A stretch of DNA of 64,000 nucleotides from NCBI GenBank assembly GCA_038231275.1, contig JBBRLQ010000001.1, positions 128,001 through 192,000 of the forward strand, written 5' to 3'. This document shows, one piece after another, positions 21,053-33,595 of the stretch. The DNA comes from Polyangiales bacterium. GTDB taxonomy: Bacteria > Myxococcota_A > Polyangia > Polyangiales > Polyangiaceae. Both the position numbers and the translations under genes were made by a program. Positions within the stretch are counted from its first letter, which is position 1; each line of letters starts with the position of its first letter. The notes under the pieces were generated by a model, which ran no database searches, was not told the DNA's origin, and worked only from the letters and a program-made list of their open reading frames with translations.

Positions 21053-21607
21053 ATGCAGCATCCAAATCTGCGAACTGTGATGACGCGGACGACGACGCTC
21101 GCGGCGGTTATCGTCGCGCTCGCGGGGTGTGACAAGAACAAGACCTCCGATGCGCCGGCGATCGCGCCTGCGCCGTCGGTCGGCGCCCTGGCGCCCAAGG
21201 CGTCGAGTGCCCTTGCGCCGAAGGTGTTCATCCCGAACGTCGTGGTCGCCGAGACGGGGACGACGAAGGTGCACGTCGCGTGGAAGCTTCCCGCGGGCAC
21301 CGGAGTCAACGACGGCGCGCCGTTCCACGTGCGATGGACGTCGAGCGAAGGGCTCGAGCACGCGCCGGAGGACATGCGCGCGAAGGGCGGCGACGTGGCG
21401 TTGGGCTTCGACGTCGCGGTGACGCCGACGCACGGCTCGCCCAGCGCGCTGCTCGCAGGCGACGTCGACGTGGTCGTGTGCGACGTCGCGACGCACCGCG
21501 TGTGCGTCCCCGTCACCCGTCGCATCGAGATGACGTTCCTCGCCGAAGGCCGGGTCAACGCCGCGGAGGTCAGCGTGCCACTCCCCGAAGCGCGTCCCGC
21601 GACCTAG
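21053..21607 (+). CDS. Hypothetical lipoprotein
   Basis: Lipobox LAGC; beta-rich domain with a C-x6-C pair. Alternative start at 21080. Confidence 0.65.
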   Translation: MQHPNLRTVMTRTTTLAAVIVALAGCDKNKTSDAPAIAPAPSVGALAPKASSALAPKVFIPNVVVAETGTTKVHVAWKLPAGTGVNDGAPFHVRWTSSEGLEHAPEDMRAKGGDVALGFDVAVTPTHGSPSALLAGDVDVVVCDVATHRVCVPVTRRIEMTFLAEGRVNAAEVSVPLPEARPAT

Positions 21608-21632
21608 ACCAGACTATTCTCGTCCGAGACGT

Positions 21633-22163
21633 CTAAAAGGCGTACCCCACGCTCGCTCCGCCCCACGGCAAGAAGCCTTTGGGAGAGCGAAGCAGCGGCG
21701 TAAACCCGGCGCCGAACGTGACGCCGCGGGTCTCGGGGACGTAGCGGTACCCGATGACGCCGCTCGCTGCGATGCCGAGGCCGGTCCCGGGGCCCTCGAA
21801 CTTCGTCCCCGTCGCGTCGGAGCTCGCCGAGAAATAAATGAGGGTGGCGCCGAGGCCGAGCTCGAGCTTGTGGCGCGGCGGGCCGACGTAATACGTGACG
21901 AGGAGCGGCAACGTGGCGAGGAGCAAGTTCCCGCTCCCCTGCGCGTTCGACACCTTGTACGTGATGAAGCTCACGCCCGCGCGGAGGCCGAGCGGGATGC
22001 GATCGAGCATCCGTTGGTAGTTGATGGAGTAGAGGAGGCCGGTGCCGAGGACCTCGAAGAAGAGGGCGTTGGAGGGGACGTGCTCGTCGCGTGGCTCTTC
22101 GGCCTGCGGCGGCGCGGGCGCGACGGCGGGAGCGATGACGGGCGCGGGCTCTGCGGCGTTCAC
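21633..22163 (-). CDS. Hypothetical outer-membrane beta-barrel-like protein
   Basis: Alternating amphipathic strands, C-terminal VGYAF aromatic end; GTGA overlap with the upstream ORF. Confidence 0.55.
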   Translation of the reverse strand: MNAAEPAPVIAPAVAPAPPQAEEPRDEHVPSNALFFEVLGTGLLYSINYQRMLDRIPLGLRAGVSFITYKVSNAQGSGNLLLATLPLLVTYYVGPPRHKLELGLGATLIYFSASSDATGTKFEGPGTGLGIAASGVIGYRYVPETRGVTFGAGFTPLLRSPKGFLPWGGASVGYAF

Positions 22164-22654
22164 GGGGGAATGAGCTCCGCCCCCTCCTCGTACCGCGAGC
22201 GATCCGCGCAGGCGCGCGCGACGGCGCTTACGTCGGTCGGGACCGGCGGATCGAACGTCGCGCCGCCCTCGACGCCCCGCGACGCGCCGGCCTCCGCGAT
22301 GAGGTCGGAGACGTCGTAGTACCAATCGTTGACCGTCGAGTGGTCGTCGGTCTTCTTGTCGAGCTTGCAGCCGGCGATCACACGCGCGCGCGGGCACAGG
22401 CCTGTTCCCGCCGTCGCCTGGTGCTTGCCTCGGCAGTCGTCCGCGAATTGGCTCGCCGCGAGCGTCGCGATCGCCTCCTGGCAGAACGCGGAGGCCTGCC
22501 CGCCGTCGGTCACGAAGCGACGATCGCAGTGCGCGTCGGCCGTCGCGCCGCCGAAATCCGCGCCGGTGACCGCGACGCTCGTGATCGCACTGCACGCGAC
22601 GGCGCACGCCACGAGCGACAGCGAAATCGACGCGAGCCACCACGAGACCCTCAC
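22160..22654 (-). CDS. Hypothetical Cys-containing lipoprotein
   Basis: Signal peptide with AVAC lipobox and several Cys. Confidence 0.6.
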   Translation of the reverse strand: MRVSWWLASISLSLVACAVACSAITSVAVTGADFGGATADAHCDRRFVTDGGQASAFCQEAIATLAASQFADDCRGKHQATAGTGLCPRARVIAGCKLDKKTDDHSTVNDWYYDVSDLIAEAGASRGVEGGATFDPPVPTDVSAVARACADRSRYEEGAELIPP

Positions 22655-22712
22655 CGGGGACGACTATAGTCGGCCGCCGTTGCCGCGCCACCCGGCCGTG
22701 GCGATCGCGGAA

Positions 22713-23000
22713 TCAGCCCGCGACGCCGTGTCCGAGCTTCTTCGGGCCGTCCTGGAAGAGGATCATCACGTTCGTCGCTTCGGTGCCGACGACGATGCCC
22801 TTGCCGAACTTGGGGTGCGAGATGAGCGCGCCCTTCGCGTAGCGATCGCTCATCGCGTACTTGTGGAAGTCCCCGTCGTCCTTCCCGGTGATGTGCTCTT
22901 CCCAGGTGCGCTCCGGCTCCTTCGGCTTGGCGAAGTAATCGTCCTCGACGCCGTCGGTTGCTTTTCCGAACGTCCGCTGCTTCACGCGCTTGATCGACAT
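22713..23000 (-). CDS. Small protein with a PcrA/UvrD C-terminal Tudor-like domain
   Basis: GALISHPKFGKGIVV...ILFQDGPKKL matches the HxxFGxG Tudor-like pattern. Confidence 0.65.
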   Translation of the reverse strand: MSIKRVKQRTFGKATDGVEDDYFAKPKEPERTWEEHITGKDDGDFHKYAMSDRYAKGALISHPKFGKGIVVGTEATNVMILFQDGPKKLGHGVAG

Positions 23001-23024
23001 GTGCCGCGTCCTATTAGCGCACTT

Positions 23025-23480
23025 TCAGGCGCCACGGAACCGGCGGGGCACGATCGCGTACGTTCCCAGCCCGACGGCGATCGTGACGCCGCTCGCCGAG
23101 ACCGCGCGCATTTCCGCGTGAACGAGGTTTCGCCCGCGGCGGAGCACGGTGCCCGTCGCCACGAGCTCGGGCTCGGCGGTCGCTTCGAGCAGGTTCACTT
23201 TGTACTCGCTGGTCACCACCCAAAGGCCGCCCGTCGTCGTCGCTGCGGCGAAAAAGCCTGCGTTGTCGAGCACCAAGCCGATGATGCCGCCATGCAGCGC
23301 GCCGCCCGAGTGGTGGAGGTACGGCTCGGCGGCGAGCGTGATGCGCGCGGTCCCTTTGGCGGGCAGGTCGAGCTGCTGGCGCACGTGCTTCGTGATCGGC
23401 GCGCCGTGGAACATCGCGCGCAGCGCCTCGAAATAGTCCGCTTCGTCGAGCTCGGGGGGATCGCCGGAGTCTTCGTTCAT
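23025..23480 (-). CDS. PaaI family thioesterase (hotdog fold)
   Basis: GALHGGIIGLVLDNA, VVTSEYKVNLL, GRNLV. Confidence 0.88.
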   Translation of the reverse strand: MNEDSGDPPELDEADYFEALRAMFHGAPITKHVRQQLDLPAKGTARITLAAEPYLHHSGGALHGGIIGLVLDNAGFFAAATTTGGLWVVTSEYKVNLLEATAEPELVATGTVLRRGRNLVHAEMRAVSASGVTIAVGLGTYAIVPRRFRGA

Positions 23481-23558
23481 CGCGACGAACGATACCGCGC
23501 ATTCAGGACGAAACCTTCGGCCTCTTCGTGCCGATGGGGAGGCGAAAGGAGTCTCACC

Positions 23559-24017
23559 ATGACAAGGTCCAAGACCGAACCCACGAACCACGACGTCCTC
23601 GACGCGGCTAGAGCCGCCCTCGCCAGTGCACACGCGCGCACCAAGGAGGGCACCGCCAAGATCGCTCCCAAGGTGCTGCTGCGCTTCGAGAAGAAGCTGA
23701 GGCTGACCGAGGGGGTGATCGCTCCCTCGGCGCCGGTCACCACGCGGGAAGGCCTCGTCGCCGTCCTCGCGCGCGCCGAGCAAAACGCAACAAAGCGCGC
23801 GCGCACGGCGGAGCAGGACCGGGCGCTCGAAGACCTGCGCGTCGAGCTGAAAAGGCGCGAGGCCGAAGGAAAAGAGGGAGCCGCCAAGGCGCGCGCGCTC
23901 AAAGAGAGCCTCGCCGCCGACACCGCGCGTCTCGTCGCCCTCGCGACGCCGAAGCCGCCGACCAAGGCGCGCGCGCGCGCGACGGAAAAAAAGCCAAAAC
24001 GGAAGGTCGCGAGCTGA
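23559..24017 (+). CDS. Hypothetical basic coiled-coil protein
   Basis: ATG preceded by AAAGGAG RBS; helical Ala/Lys/Arg-rich ORF filling the gap before ligA. Confidence 0.55.
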   Translation: MTRSKTEPTNHDVLDAARAALASAHARTKEGTAKIAPKVLLRFEKKLRLTEGVIAPSAPVTTREGLVAVLARAEQNATKRARTAEQDRALEDLRVELKRREAEGKEGAAKARALKESLAADTARLVALATPKPPTKARARATEKKPKRKVAS

Positions 24018-26093
<2,076 letters not shown>

Positions 26094-26115
26094 AGCAGAA
26101 AGCGAGTTGCTCTCG

Positions 26116-27750
26116 TCAGCGTCGCTTCGGCCGCGGGCGCGGCTTGCCGTCGGGGTCGGGGTGCATTTGGGCGAAGTGCGCCTCGATGTCCCCCTCGATC
26201 TTGATGGTGTCCTCGATGCCTGGTGGCGATCGCGGCGCCGCCGGCCGCGCCTTCACGGATTTCGCGGCAGCGCGGAGAAGCTCGGCGTTGCGCGGCATCT
26301 GGCGCGTCTCGTCGTCCCAGGTCTGGTGCGCGATCTCGGTCTGCGCCTCGTCGTCGTACGAGTGGGCTTCCGGAGCGAACGGGACCTCTTCGGAGCCGAG
26401 GACGGCGTGCGTGCCGGAGGTCTCCTCAGCGGGGCTCGACGAGACCTTCGCCGTCGTGTCGCGGCTGTCCTCTTCGTACTTGGCTTCTAGCGAAGGCAAG
26501 CGGTTCAAGGGATCGGACGAGCTGAGGGGCGTTCGCTCGCGAGGCTTGCCGGGCGGCGGAGGAGGGGGAGTCGGCCGCCGCGCGCTGACTGGCGCAGGCG
26601 GTGAGGACGAAGGGGCCGAGTGCGGGCGCGATTGCACCATCGGCGGTGGAGGGGGCGGCGGCTGCGAGCGGCGCGGCGGCGGCGGCGCGCTGGGCTCGTA
26701 GTATCGCGTCCGGAGCGTCGCCAGATCGCGCTGGAACAGGATCGCGCTCGGATACCTCTGCTCGCGGCTCCGCGCCATCGCGCGCTCGATCACGGCGTCG
26801 AACCCCTCGGGCAGCGACGCACGCAGCTCGCGCGCCGGCTTCGGCGTCGCGGTGAGGATCTGGAGGAGGAGCGCGTTGTAGTTGGCGGCGATGAAAGGCC
26901 TTCGCCCGGTGAGCGCCTCGTACAAGATGACGCCGCACGCCCACAGGTCGACGCGCGCGTCGAGGTTGCGATCGCCACGCGCCTGCTCGGGCGACATGTA
27001 GAACGGCGTCCCCATGACCATCCCGGTCCGCGTGAGATCGAGCTCCTCGGCGTCGGGCGCGATCATCTTCGAGACGCCGAAATCGAGGAGCTTCACGAGC
27101 GGCGCGCACCCAGTGCGCTGGGTCAAAAATACATTCTCCGGCTTGATGTCGCGGTGAACGATGCCTTTGTCGTGCGCAGCGACGAGCCCGGAGAGGACCT
27201 GGTTGACGATGTCGATGCAGTCCTCGAACGGCAGGCCGCCTTCGTGGCCGATACGATCGGCGAGCGTGACGCCGACCAGCCGCTCCATGACGAGGAACGG
27301 CGCGCCGTCGTCGAGGGTCCCGAGGTCGTAGACCTCACAAATGTTCGGATGGCCGATTTTGCCGGCCGCGCGCGCCTCTTGGTGGAAGCGCTTCACGGCG
27401 AACGTCTTCTTCGCCTGCTGAGGGTGGAGAATCTTCACGGCGACGGTCCGTCCGAGGGTCAGGTTCTCGGCTTCGAAGACCGTCCCCATTCCGCCTTCGC
27501 CGAGGACGCCGATGAATTTGTATTTGCCGTCTACCGTACGGCCGATCAAGTTGCGGCGATGCGCGCCGCTGCCGGTGGCGGCGGGCCCGCGACCCGAAGG
27601 AGGCGGGGCCGGCGGAGGCGCGGGGCGGGCGGAACCCGGCGGCGTCGCGGAGCGGCCGCGGCTCATCGCCATCCCCGTCGTCGGGCAGACCGTTTCGGTG
27701 ACGGGGTGAGGGAGCCCACAATGGCTGCAGCGGACGAAGCGCTGGCTCAT
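26116..27750 (-). CDS. Ser/Thr protein kinase with N-terminal zinc ribbon and Pro-rich tail
   Basis: CSHC..CPT, LGEGGMG, HRDIKPEN, DFG, YMSPEQ. Confidence 0.92.
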   Translation of the reverse strand: MSQRFVRCSHCGLPHPVTETVCPTTGMAMSRGRSATPPGSARPAPPPAPPPSGRGPAATGSGAHRRNLIGRTVDGKYKFIGVLGEGGMGTVFEAENLTLGRTVAVKILHPQQAKKTFAVKRFHQEARAAGKIGHPNICEVYDLGTLDDGAPFLVMERLVGVTLADRIGHEGGLPFEDCIDIVNQVLSGLVAAHDKGIVHRDIKPENVFLTQRTGCAPLVKLLDFGVSKMIAPDAEELDLTRTGMVMGTPFYMSPEQARGDRNLDARVDLWACGVILYEALTGRRPFIAANYNALLLQILTATPKPARELRASLPEGFDAVIERAMARSREQRYPSAILFQRDLATLRTRYYEPSAPPPPRRSQPPPPPPPMVQSRPHSAPSSSPPAPVSARRPTPPPPPPGKPRERTPLSSSDPLNRLPSLEAKYEEDSRDTTAKVSSSPAEETSGTHAVLGSEEVPFAPEAHSYDDEAQTEIAHQTWDDETRQMPRNAELLRAAAKSVKARPAAPRSPPGIEDTIKIEGDIEAHFAQMHPDPDGKPRPRPKRR

Positions 27751-27950
27751 GGCCCTCTAGGCCTCGAAGGCCTCATCCGCAGCTGCCAAACCCTGTACAC
27801 GTCTCGATCGAGACTAGGCCGTGCTCGTCGCCCTCGCAACGCGGGGTGTCCAGGGACGGCGCGAAAGTGTCCCGGACACCCCCCAGCGCGATCAATGTGC
27901 GGAAATGACTACAGGGTGCGCGCGGCACGGGGAGTGCTGTTGCGGACTGC

Positions 27951-30338
27951 GTGGACCGTCTTCTTTTGGTGGCGCTCGCCTTGGCGACGGGCGCGGTCGG
28001 AGTCATCGCACCGTGGCACGTGGCCGGAGGGGTCCTCGTCGTCGCATTGCTAGCGCGCATTACCCGTCGCGTCGAAGTCGGCTGGCTGGTCCTGGCCCTC
28101 GCGCTCGCGCTCTTTGGCGGGTGCCGAGGAGGGTCGGCGATCGCCCGCCACGAGAGCGCGCGTGAGAAGGCGCTCGCCGATCTGCCGCGGCCGGCGCGAT
28201 GCACCGGACTTGGCGTCGTGAGCGGGACCCCAACGCGCGTCCGCGGTGCGATGCGCTTCGAGGCGACGTTCGCGACCCTCGACTGCGACGCGCGCGCGGT
28301 CGCGGGCGGCGCGACGGTGCTTTATGGAGGGCCGCCCGATCTGGCGCGCGGCGACGCGGTCGACGTCGTCGCGCAGCTCGCGAGCCCGGAGCGATTCTGG
28401 AACGACGTAGATCCGCGTCCCGGCGAAGCACGGCGCGCCGTCGTCCGATCAGGCGGCGTCGTCGACGTGCGCATCACGCGCCGCGGCGCCGGTGCGCTCG
28501 CGTGGATCGATCGCGTGCGCGCGCGCGTGCGAGAACGAATCGACGCGACGTTCCCGACGGAGGCGGCCCCCATGGCTCGCGCGCTGGTCCTAGGCGAGTC
28601 CGACCTCGCGCCGGACGACGACGCGGCGTTTCGCGCGAGTGGCCTCTCGCACCTGCTCGCGGTGAGCGGCATGCACCTCGTGCTCGTCGTGGCGGGCGCG
28701 GTCTCGGCCCTTCGCGGCGTACTCGTGCGCGTGGAGCGCCTCGCCGCGGCGTCGGACGTCGGGAGAATCGCCGCGGGGCTCGGACTTCCGCTGGCGTGGG
28801 CGTACGCGCTTTTCGCGGGCGCGAGCGGGTCGACCGTCCGGGCTGCATGCATGGCCTCGGCCGCGCTCGCCGCGCGCGCGCTCGGGAGGGCGAGCACCGG
28901 CCCTCGGGCGCTCGGCGTGAGCGTGCTCGCACTTGCGATCGCCGATCCGCTCGTGGCGTTCGACGTGTCGTTCCTCCTCTCGGCGGCGGCGACGGCCGGA
29001 ATTCTCGCGCTGGCGAGGCCCATCGGCGCATTCATCGCTGCACGTGTGCCGCGCGCCGCCGCGCCGATCGCGAACGCGCTCGGAGTCACGCTTGCCGCGA
29101 CGCTCCCTTGCGCGCCCATCCTCGCGGGCTTCGCGCCGACGCTCGCGATCGGCGGCCTCGTCGCGAATCTGATCGCCGTTCCCGTCGGAGAGGCTGCTGC
29201 GCTCCCGCTGTGTCTCGTCCACACCTTGCTCTCGCCGTTTCCGATGGCCGAGCGGGGGTGCGCGCTCGCAGGAGGAGGAGCGCTCCTGGCTGTGCGGTTC
29301 ATTGCGCGCGCGTTCGCGAGCATTCCCGCCCTCGGCCTTCCCGTCCCGGCGCCGACGGCGGGGCAGCTCACCGTCCTCTCGATCGGCGCAGCGTTCTGGG
29401 CGATGACCGGGCGATTGCGTGGCGCGGCGCTCGCGTTCGGTGGCGCGCTGTTGCTCGTCCTCGAGCTCGAAGCGCGGCGCGCCGGCTGTCCACGCGGTGT
29501 GCTGCGGGCGACGTTCCTCGACGTCGGGCAGGGAGACGCCGCGATCGTGGACTTGCCGAATGGGGGCGCGCTCCTCGTCGATGGGGGCGGCCTCGTCGGA
29601 AGCCCTGTCGACATCGGCGCCCGCGTCATCGCCCCCACGCTCCGCGTGCGCCGGCGCAGCTCGCTGGACGCGGTCATCCTCTCGCACCCGCACCCCGATC
29701 ATTTCGGAGGGCTTCAGACGGGGACCGCCCGCGTCACCGTCGACGCCCTCTGGGACACGGGACAAGGTGAGCACGAAGGGAGCGGGGGCGGCTACGCGGC
29801 GCTCCTCGCCGACGCGCGCGCGCGGGGCGTCGCGATTGCACGGCCACCGGCCCTCTGCGGCGCACACGCGATCTCGGGGGCGATCGTCGAGGTCCTCGCC
29901 CCCTGCCCTGCCCCGTGGCCCGATCGCGGCCCCAACGACAACTCGTTCGTCGTGCGCGTCTCGTTCGGGCGGCGCGCCCTCCTCTTCATGGGCGACGCGG
30001 AGGGAGAAGAGGAGCGCGATCTGCTCCGCGCATCTCCCGAGCGCCTCCGCGCCGACGTCCTCAAGGTGGGCCACCACGGCAGCCGCACGTCGTCGAGCCC
30101 CGCGCTGCTCGCCGCCGTCGGCGCGCGCGACGCCGTCGTCTCGACCGGCGTGCGAAACCGATTCGGCCACCCCCACCAAGCCGCCCTCGCCGCGCTCTCC
30201 GCCGCAAATCTCCGCATTTGGCGCACCGACCTCGGCGGCGCGATCACCGTCGAGACGGACGGCGAGCGCCTGACGGTCTCGCAGCGCGCCGGAAGCTCTT
30301 TACATCGGGGGGACGGTGAAGGCATTTGGTCCCCATGA
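27951..30338 (+). CDS. comEC: DNA uptake channel ComEC/Rec2
   Basis: [12 protein letters not shown] competence domain; DVGQGDA, SHPHPDH, NDNS and KVGHHGS metallo-beta-lactamase domain. Confidence 0.92.
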   Translation: MDRLLLVALALATGAVGVIAPWHVAGGVLVVALLARITRRVEVGWLVLALALALFGGCRGGSAIARHESAREKALADLPRPARCTGLGVVSGTPTRVRGAMRFEATFATLDCDARAVAGGATVLYGGPPDLARGDAVDVVAQLASPERFWNDVDPRPGEARRAVVRSGGVVDVRITRRGAGALAWIDRVRARVRERIDATFPTEAAPMARALVLGESDLAPDDDAAFRASGLSHLLAVSGMHLVLVVAGAVSALRGVLVRVERLAAASDVGRIAAGLGLPLAWAYALFAGASGSTVRAACMASAALAARALGRASTGPRALGVSVLALAIADPLVAFDVSFLLSAAATAGILALARPIGAFIAARVPRAAAPIANALGVTLAATLPCAPILAGFAPTLAIGGLVANLIAVPVGEAAALPLCLVHTLLSPFPMAERGCALAGGGALLAVRFIARAFASIPALGLPVPAPTAGQLTVLSIGAAFWAMTGRLRGAALAFGGALLLVLELEARRAGCPRGVLRATFLDVGQGDAAIVDLPNGGALLVDGGGLVGSPVDIGARVIAPTLRVRRRSSLDAVILSHPHPDHFGGLQTGTARVTVDALWDTGQGEHEGSGGGYAALLADARARGVAIARPPALCGAHAISGAIVEVLAPCPAPWPDRGPNDNSFVVRVSFGRRALLFMGDAEGEEERDLLRASPERLRADVLKVGHHGSRTSSSPALLAAVGARDAVVSTGVRNRFGHPHQAALAALSAANLRIWRTDLGGAITVETDGERLTVSQRAGSSLHRGDGEGIWSP

Positions 30339-30859
30339 GCGAGCGCATCAACGTCATGCTTTCCAAGGAGACCATCGCCGCGCGCGTCCGCGAGCTCGGC
30401 GCCGAGATCACCCGCGAGTACGCGGACCGCGCGCTGGTCCTCGTGTGCGTCCTCAAGGGGAGCTTCGTCTTCGCGTCCGACCTCGCGCGCGCGATCGATC
30501 TGCCCATGCGGATCGATTTCCTCGGCGTTCGGTCGTACGGCGAGGGCACCGAGTCGAGCGGCGTCGTCCAGATCACGCAAGACTTGTCGAAGCCCATCGC
30601 GCTCGAGGACGTGATCATCGTCGAGGACATCGTCGACACCGGTCTGACGATCGCCCACCTCATGGACTTGTTCCGCACCCGGCAGCCCCGCAGCGTCAAG
30701 GTCTGCTCGCTCCTCCACAAGCCCGCACGCTGCAAGGTAGAGGTGAAGATCGACTACCTGGGCTTCACCATCGAAGACAAATTCGTCGTCGGCTACGGCC
30801 TCGACTTCGCGGAGAAGTACCGCAACCTGCCGTACATCGGCGTCGTGGAGCGGTCGTGA
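30335..30859 (+). CDS. hpt: Hypoxanthine phosphoribosyltransferase
   Basis: [34 protein letters not shown]. Confidence 0.97.
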   Translation: MSERINVMLSKETIAARVRELGAEITREYADRALVLVCVLKGSFVFASDLARAIDLPMRIDFLGVRSYGEGTESSGVVQITQDLSKPIALEDVIIVEDIVDTGLTIAHLMDLFRTRQPRSVKVCSLLHKPARCKVEVKIDYLGFTIEDKFVVGYGLDFAEKYRNLPYIGVVERS

Positions 30860-31170
30860 GCAAGCGCCTCGCGTTCCTCGAGAAGACGACGGCGGCGGGC
30901 TCCACGGATCCGATGGCCTGGTACGGCCTCGCGATGGAATACCGGACCTTGGGGCGGCACGACGAAGCGCTCCAAACCTTCACGACGCTGCGCACCCAGA
31001 CGCCGGACTACGTCGCGATGTACTTGATGTGCGGCCAGATGCTCGAGGGGCTGGCGCGCGTCGACGAGGCGCGCGAGTGGCTCGAGTCGGGCGTCTCCGC
31101 CGCCAAGAAGAAGGGGGACGGTCACGCGCTGGGTGAGCTCGAGACCGCCTTGGCCGCACTCGACGCGTAA
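30856..31170 (+). CDS. Small TPR protein
   Basis: [27 protein letters not shown] pattern; GTGA overlap with hpt. Confidence 0.8.
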   Translation: MSKRLAFLEKTTAAGSTDPMAWYGLAMEYRTLGRHDEALQTFTTLRTQTPDYVAMYLMCGQMLEGLARVDEAREWLESGVSAAKKKGDGHALGELETALAALDA

Positions 31171-31186
31171 GCTCCCCACTGCGTGA

Positions 31187-31207
31187 CGCTGCGCTTTGCT
31201 CCACTCA
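31187..31207. repeat. Short dispersed repeat, copy 1 (CGCTGCGCTTTGCTCCACTCA)
   Basis: 19/21 identical to 51081-51101; includes the rarA stop codon. Confidence 0.55.
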
Positions 31208-32581
31208 GCCGCGGGGCTTGCGGAGCTCCTCGAGGCGCGCACGAATTCGCGTCTCCTCTCCGCGCGACGATGGCTCGTAGAAGCGCGCGCCGGCGAGATC
31301 GTCGGGCAGATACGTCTCGCCGGGGACGAGGCCCTCCTCGTAGTCGTGGGCGTATTTGTAGTCTTGCCCGTAGCCGTCGTCCTTCATCAGCTTGGTGACA
31401 GCGTTGCGGAGCTTCTTCGGGACCGGCAGCGCGCCACGCTCTTCGATCGCCGCTTTCGCGCGATGCCAGGCGTTCTTCACGGCATTCGATTTCGGCGCGC
31501 ACGCGAGATAGATCGCGGCGTGCGCCAGCGGATACATTCCCTCGGGCAAGCCCATGCGACGAAACGCTGCGTCTGCACTAGTCGCCACCACGAGCGCGCG
31601 CGGGTCCGCGTTGCCTACGTCCTCGCTCGCGAAGATGATCATTCGACGCAGGACGAAGAGCGGATCGTCGCCCGCCTCGAGCATGCGCATCATCCAGTAG
31701 ACGGCGGCGTCGGGATCGGAGCCGCGCATCGATTTGATGAACGCCGAGATCACGTTGTAGTGCTCTTCGCCGGACTTGTCGTAGAGGAGCGGCGTGCGCT
31801 CCTGCGTGGCCGCGACGGAGTCGAGCGTGATCTGCTTCGCGCCGCGGCCGTCGACGTCGTCGGCGATGACCTCCAGCGTGGTCAACGCGCGGCGCGCATC
31901 GCCACCGGCGGCCTGGGCCATCGCGGCGAGGGCGTCGTCGTCCACGGTGAGGCCGCGCGCGCCGAGCCCGCGTTCGACGTCCGAGAGCGCCCGCGAGAGG
32001 AGCGTCATGAGCTCGGCGGTACCCAGTGATTCGAGGCGGAAGACCTTGCAGCGCGACAGGAGCGCAGCGTTGACCGCGAAGGAAGGGTTCTCGGTCGTCG
32101 CGCCGATGAGCGTGATCGTGCCGTTCTCGACGTGGGGAAGAAACGCGTCCTGCTGGCCCTTGTTGAAGCGGTGAATCTCGTCGACGAAGACGATCGTGCG
32201 GAGCGCTTGGTAGCTCTTCCGCTCCTTCGCGTCGTGAACGATCGCGCGCAAATCCTGGAGGCTGCCGAGCACCGCGCTGAACGGAACGAAGTGGGCTTTG
32301 GTGAGCTCGGCCACGACCCGGCCCATCGTCGTCTTGCCCACGCCCGGAGGCCCCCAGAGGATCATCGACGGGGCGCGATCGCTCGCGATGGCGCGGGCGA
32401 GGAGCTTGCCGGGGCCGACCAGGTGCGTCTGCCCGACGAGCTCGGCGAGCGTGTGCGGCCGCATACGTTCGGCGAGCGGGACCTGCCCCGATTTCCCCGC
32501 GTCCGCGCGCTGCGCCGCGCCGAAGAGGGTCTCGCCCATTTCGCCCATCGCGTTGCCCATGCTTTTCCGTCGCGTGGCCAC
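31205..32581 (-). CDS. rarA: Replication-associated recombination protein A (MgsA/RarA)
   Basis: PLAERMRP, WGPPGVGKTT, DEIHRFNK, ATTENP, SAFIKSMRGSDPDAA. Confidence 0.96.
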   Translation of the reverse strand: MATRRKSMGNAMGEMGETLFGAAQRADAGKSGQVPLAERMRPHTLAELVGQTHLVGPGKLLARAIASDRAPSMILWGPPGVGKTTMGRVVAELTKAHFVPFSAVLGSLQDLRAIVHDAKERKSYQALRTIVFVDEIHRFNKGQQDAFLPHVENGTITLIGATTENPSFAVNAALLSRCKVFRLESLGTAELMTLLSRALSDVERGLGARGLTVDDDALAAMAQAAGGDARRALTTLEVIADDVDGRGAKQITLDSVAATQERTPLLYDKSGEEHYNVISAFIKSMRGSDPDAAVYWMMRMLEAGDDPLFVLRRMIIFASEDVGNADPRALVVATSADAAFRRMGLPEGMYPLAHAAIYLACAPKSNAVKNAWHRAKAAIEERGALPVPKKLRNAVTKLMKDDGYGQDYKYAHDYEEGLVPGETYLPDDLAGARFYEPSSRGEETRIRARLEELRKPRG

Positions 32582-32655
32582 GCCCCATCATACGCCGGCG
32601 GCCCTGGCGCGCTCGCCCGGCGATGCGCCGCGAAGTAGGCTATCCTCCCGGGCGA

Positions 32656-33585
32656 ATGCGGATCGACAGGCGGCTCCTCGTCCTTCCCATGCTCACGCTC
32701 GGAGTCGTCGGCGCGGGGAGCGGGTGCGGCGGCTCGGACGCGCAGTCCGGCGGCGCGCAGACGGCCGGCACCGACAAGCCTTCCATCACGAGCATCGAGG
32801 TCGCCGAGCTCGAGATCACCGGCAGCGGCACCGATCGTTTCACGAACTGTCCGCCCGCGGGGGAGCTCGGACAGGACTGGATCCCCAAGCTCCCCGCGTG
32901 GACGCCGGCGGCCAGGAGCCCCAACGCGCCGCCGCCGCCGCCCGACTCGCCCGACCTTCCGCCGCGCATCGCCGACGGACGCACCGCCACCGAGAAGGCG
33001 ATCTTCGACACGTACCCGGAGTTCCGCCGCTGTTACCAGCGCGGCCTCATCCACGATCCGACGCAGGACGGGCACGCCGCAATCGTGCTGCGCGTCGGGC
33101 CGGATGGGCGCGTCGCGACGGTGGAGTCCTACGGCGTGTGCGAGCTCTCGAGCCAGGTCGTCTCGTGCATGAAGAGCAGCGCGGCCCGGCTCCGGTTCGA
33201 GCCGCCCGTGGCCGGCGCGGCGACGATCACGATCCCGGCGGTGTTCACGACGCGCGGCGGCAGGCCGCACGAGCATCCTTCGCCGAACGACGCGTACACC
33301 GCAGCCGCGTACGTCACCGTCGAGTCGGCGCGCGCGGATCTCCACGTCTGTGAGGCGTTCGCGCGCGGCGCGGGGCAGCCGCTCCAGGCGAGCGCGACGT
33401 TCCTCATCGACTTGGATGGGGACGGCAAGATCCTCCATACCCACATCGATCCGTGGCAGGGCAACCAAGATCTGCTCGGCTGCGCGGCGCACGCCCTCGA
33501 GAAGCTCTCGTTCGAGAAGCCGCCGGCGGGACGCGGCAACATCCTCGCGCGCATCAGCTTCAACCCACGCGCCGGCTCCAAGTAG
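32656..33585 (+). CDS. Lipoprotein with two AgmX/PglI-type (TonB_C-like) domains
   Basis: Lipobox GSGC; FRRCYQRGL..DP..GPDGRV..SC..RF and a second diverged copy. Confidence 0.7.
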   Translation: MRIDRRLLVLPMLTLGVVGAGSGCGGSDAQSGGAQTAGTDKPSITSIEVAELEITGSGTDRFTNCPPAGELGQDWIPKLPAWTPAARSPNAPPPPPDSPDLPPRIADGRTATEKAIFDTYPEFRRCYQRGLIHDPTQDGHAAIVLRVGPDGRVATVESYGVCELSSQVVSCMKSSAARLRFEPPVAGAATITIPAVFTTRGGRPHEHPSPNDAYTAAAYVTVESARADLHVCEAFARGAGQPLQASATFLIDLDGDGKILHTHIDPWQGNQDLLGCAAHALEKLSFEKPPAGRGNILARISFNPRAGSK

Positions 33586-33595
33586 AGAGGGCGCA

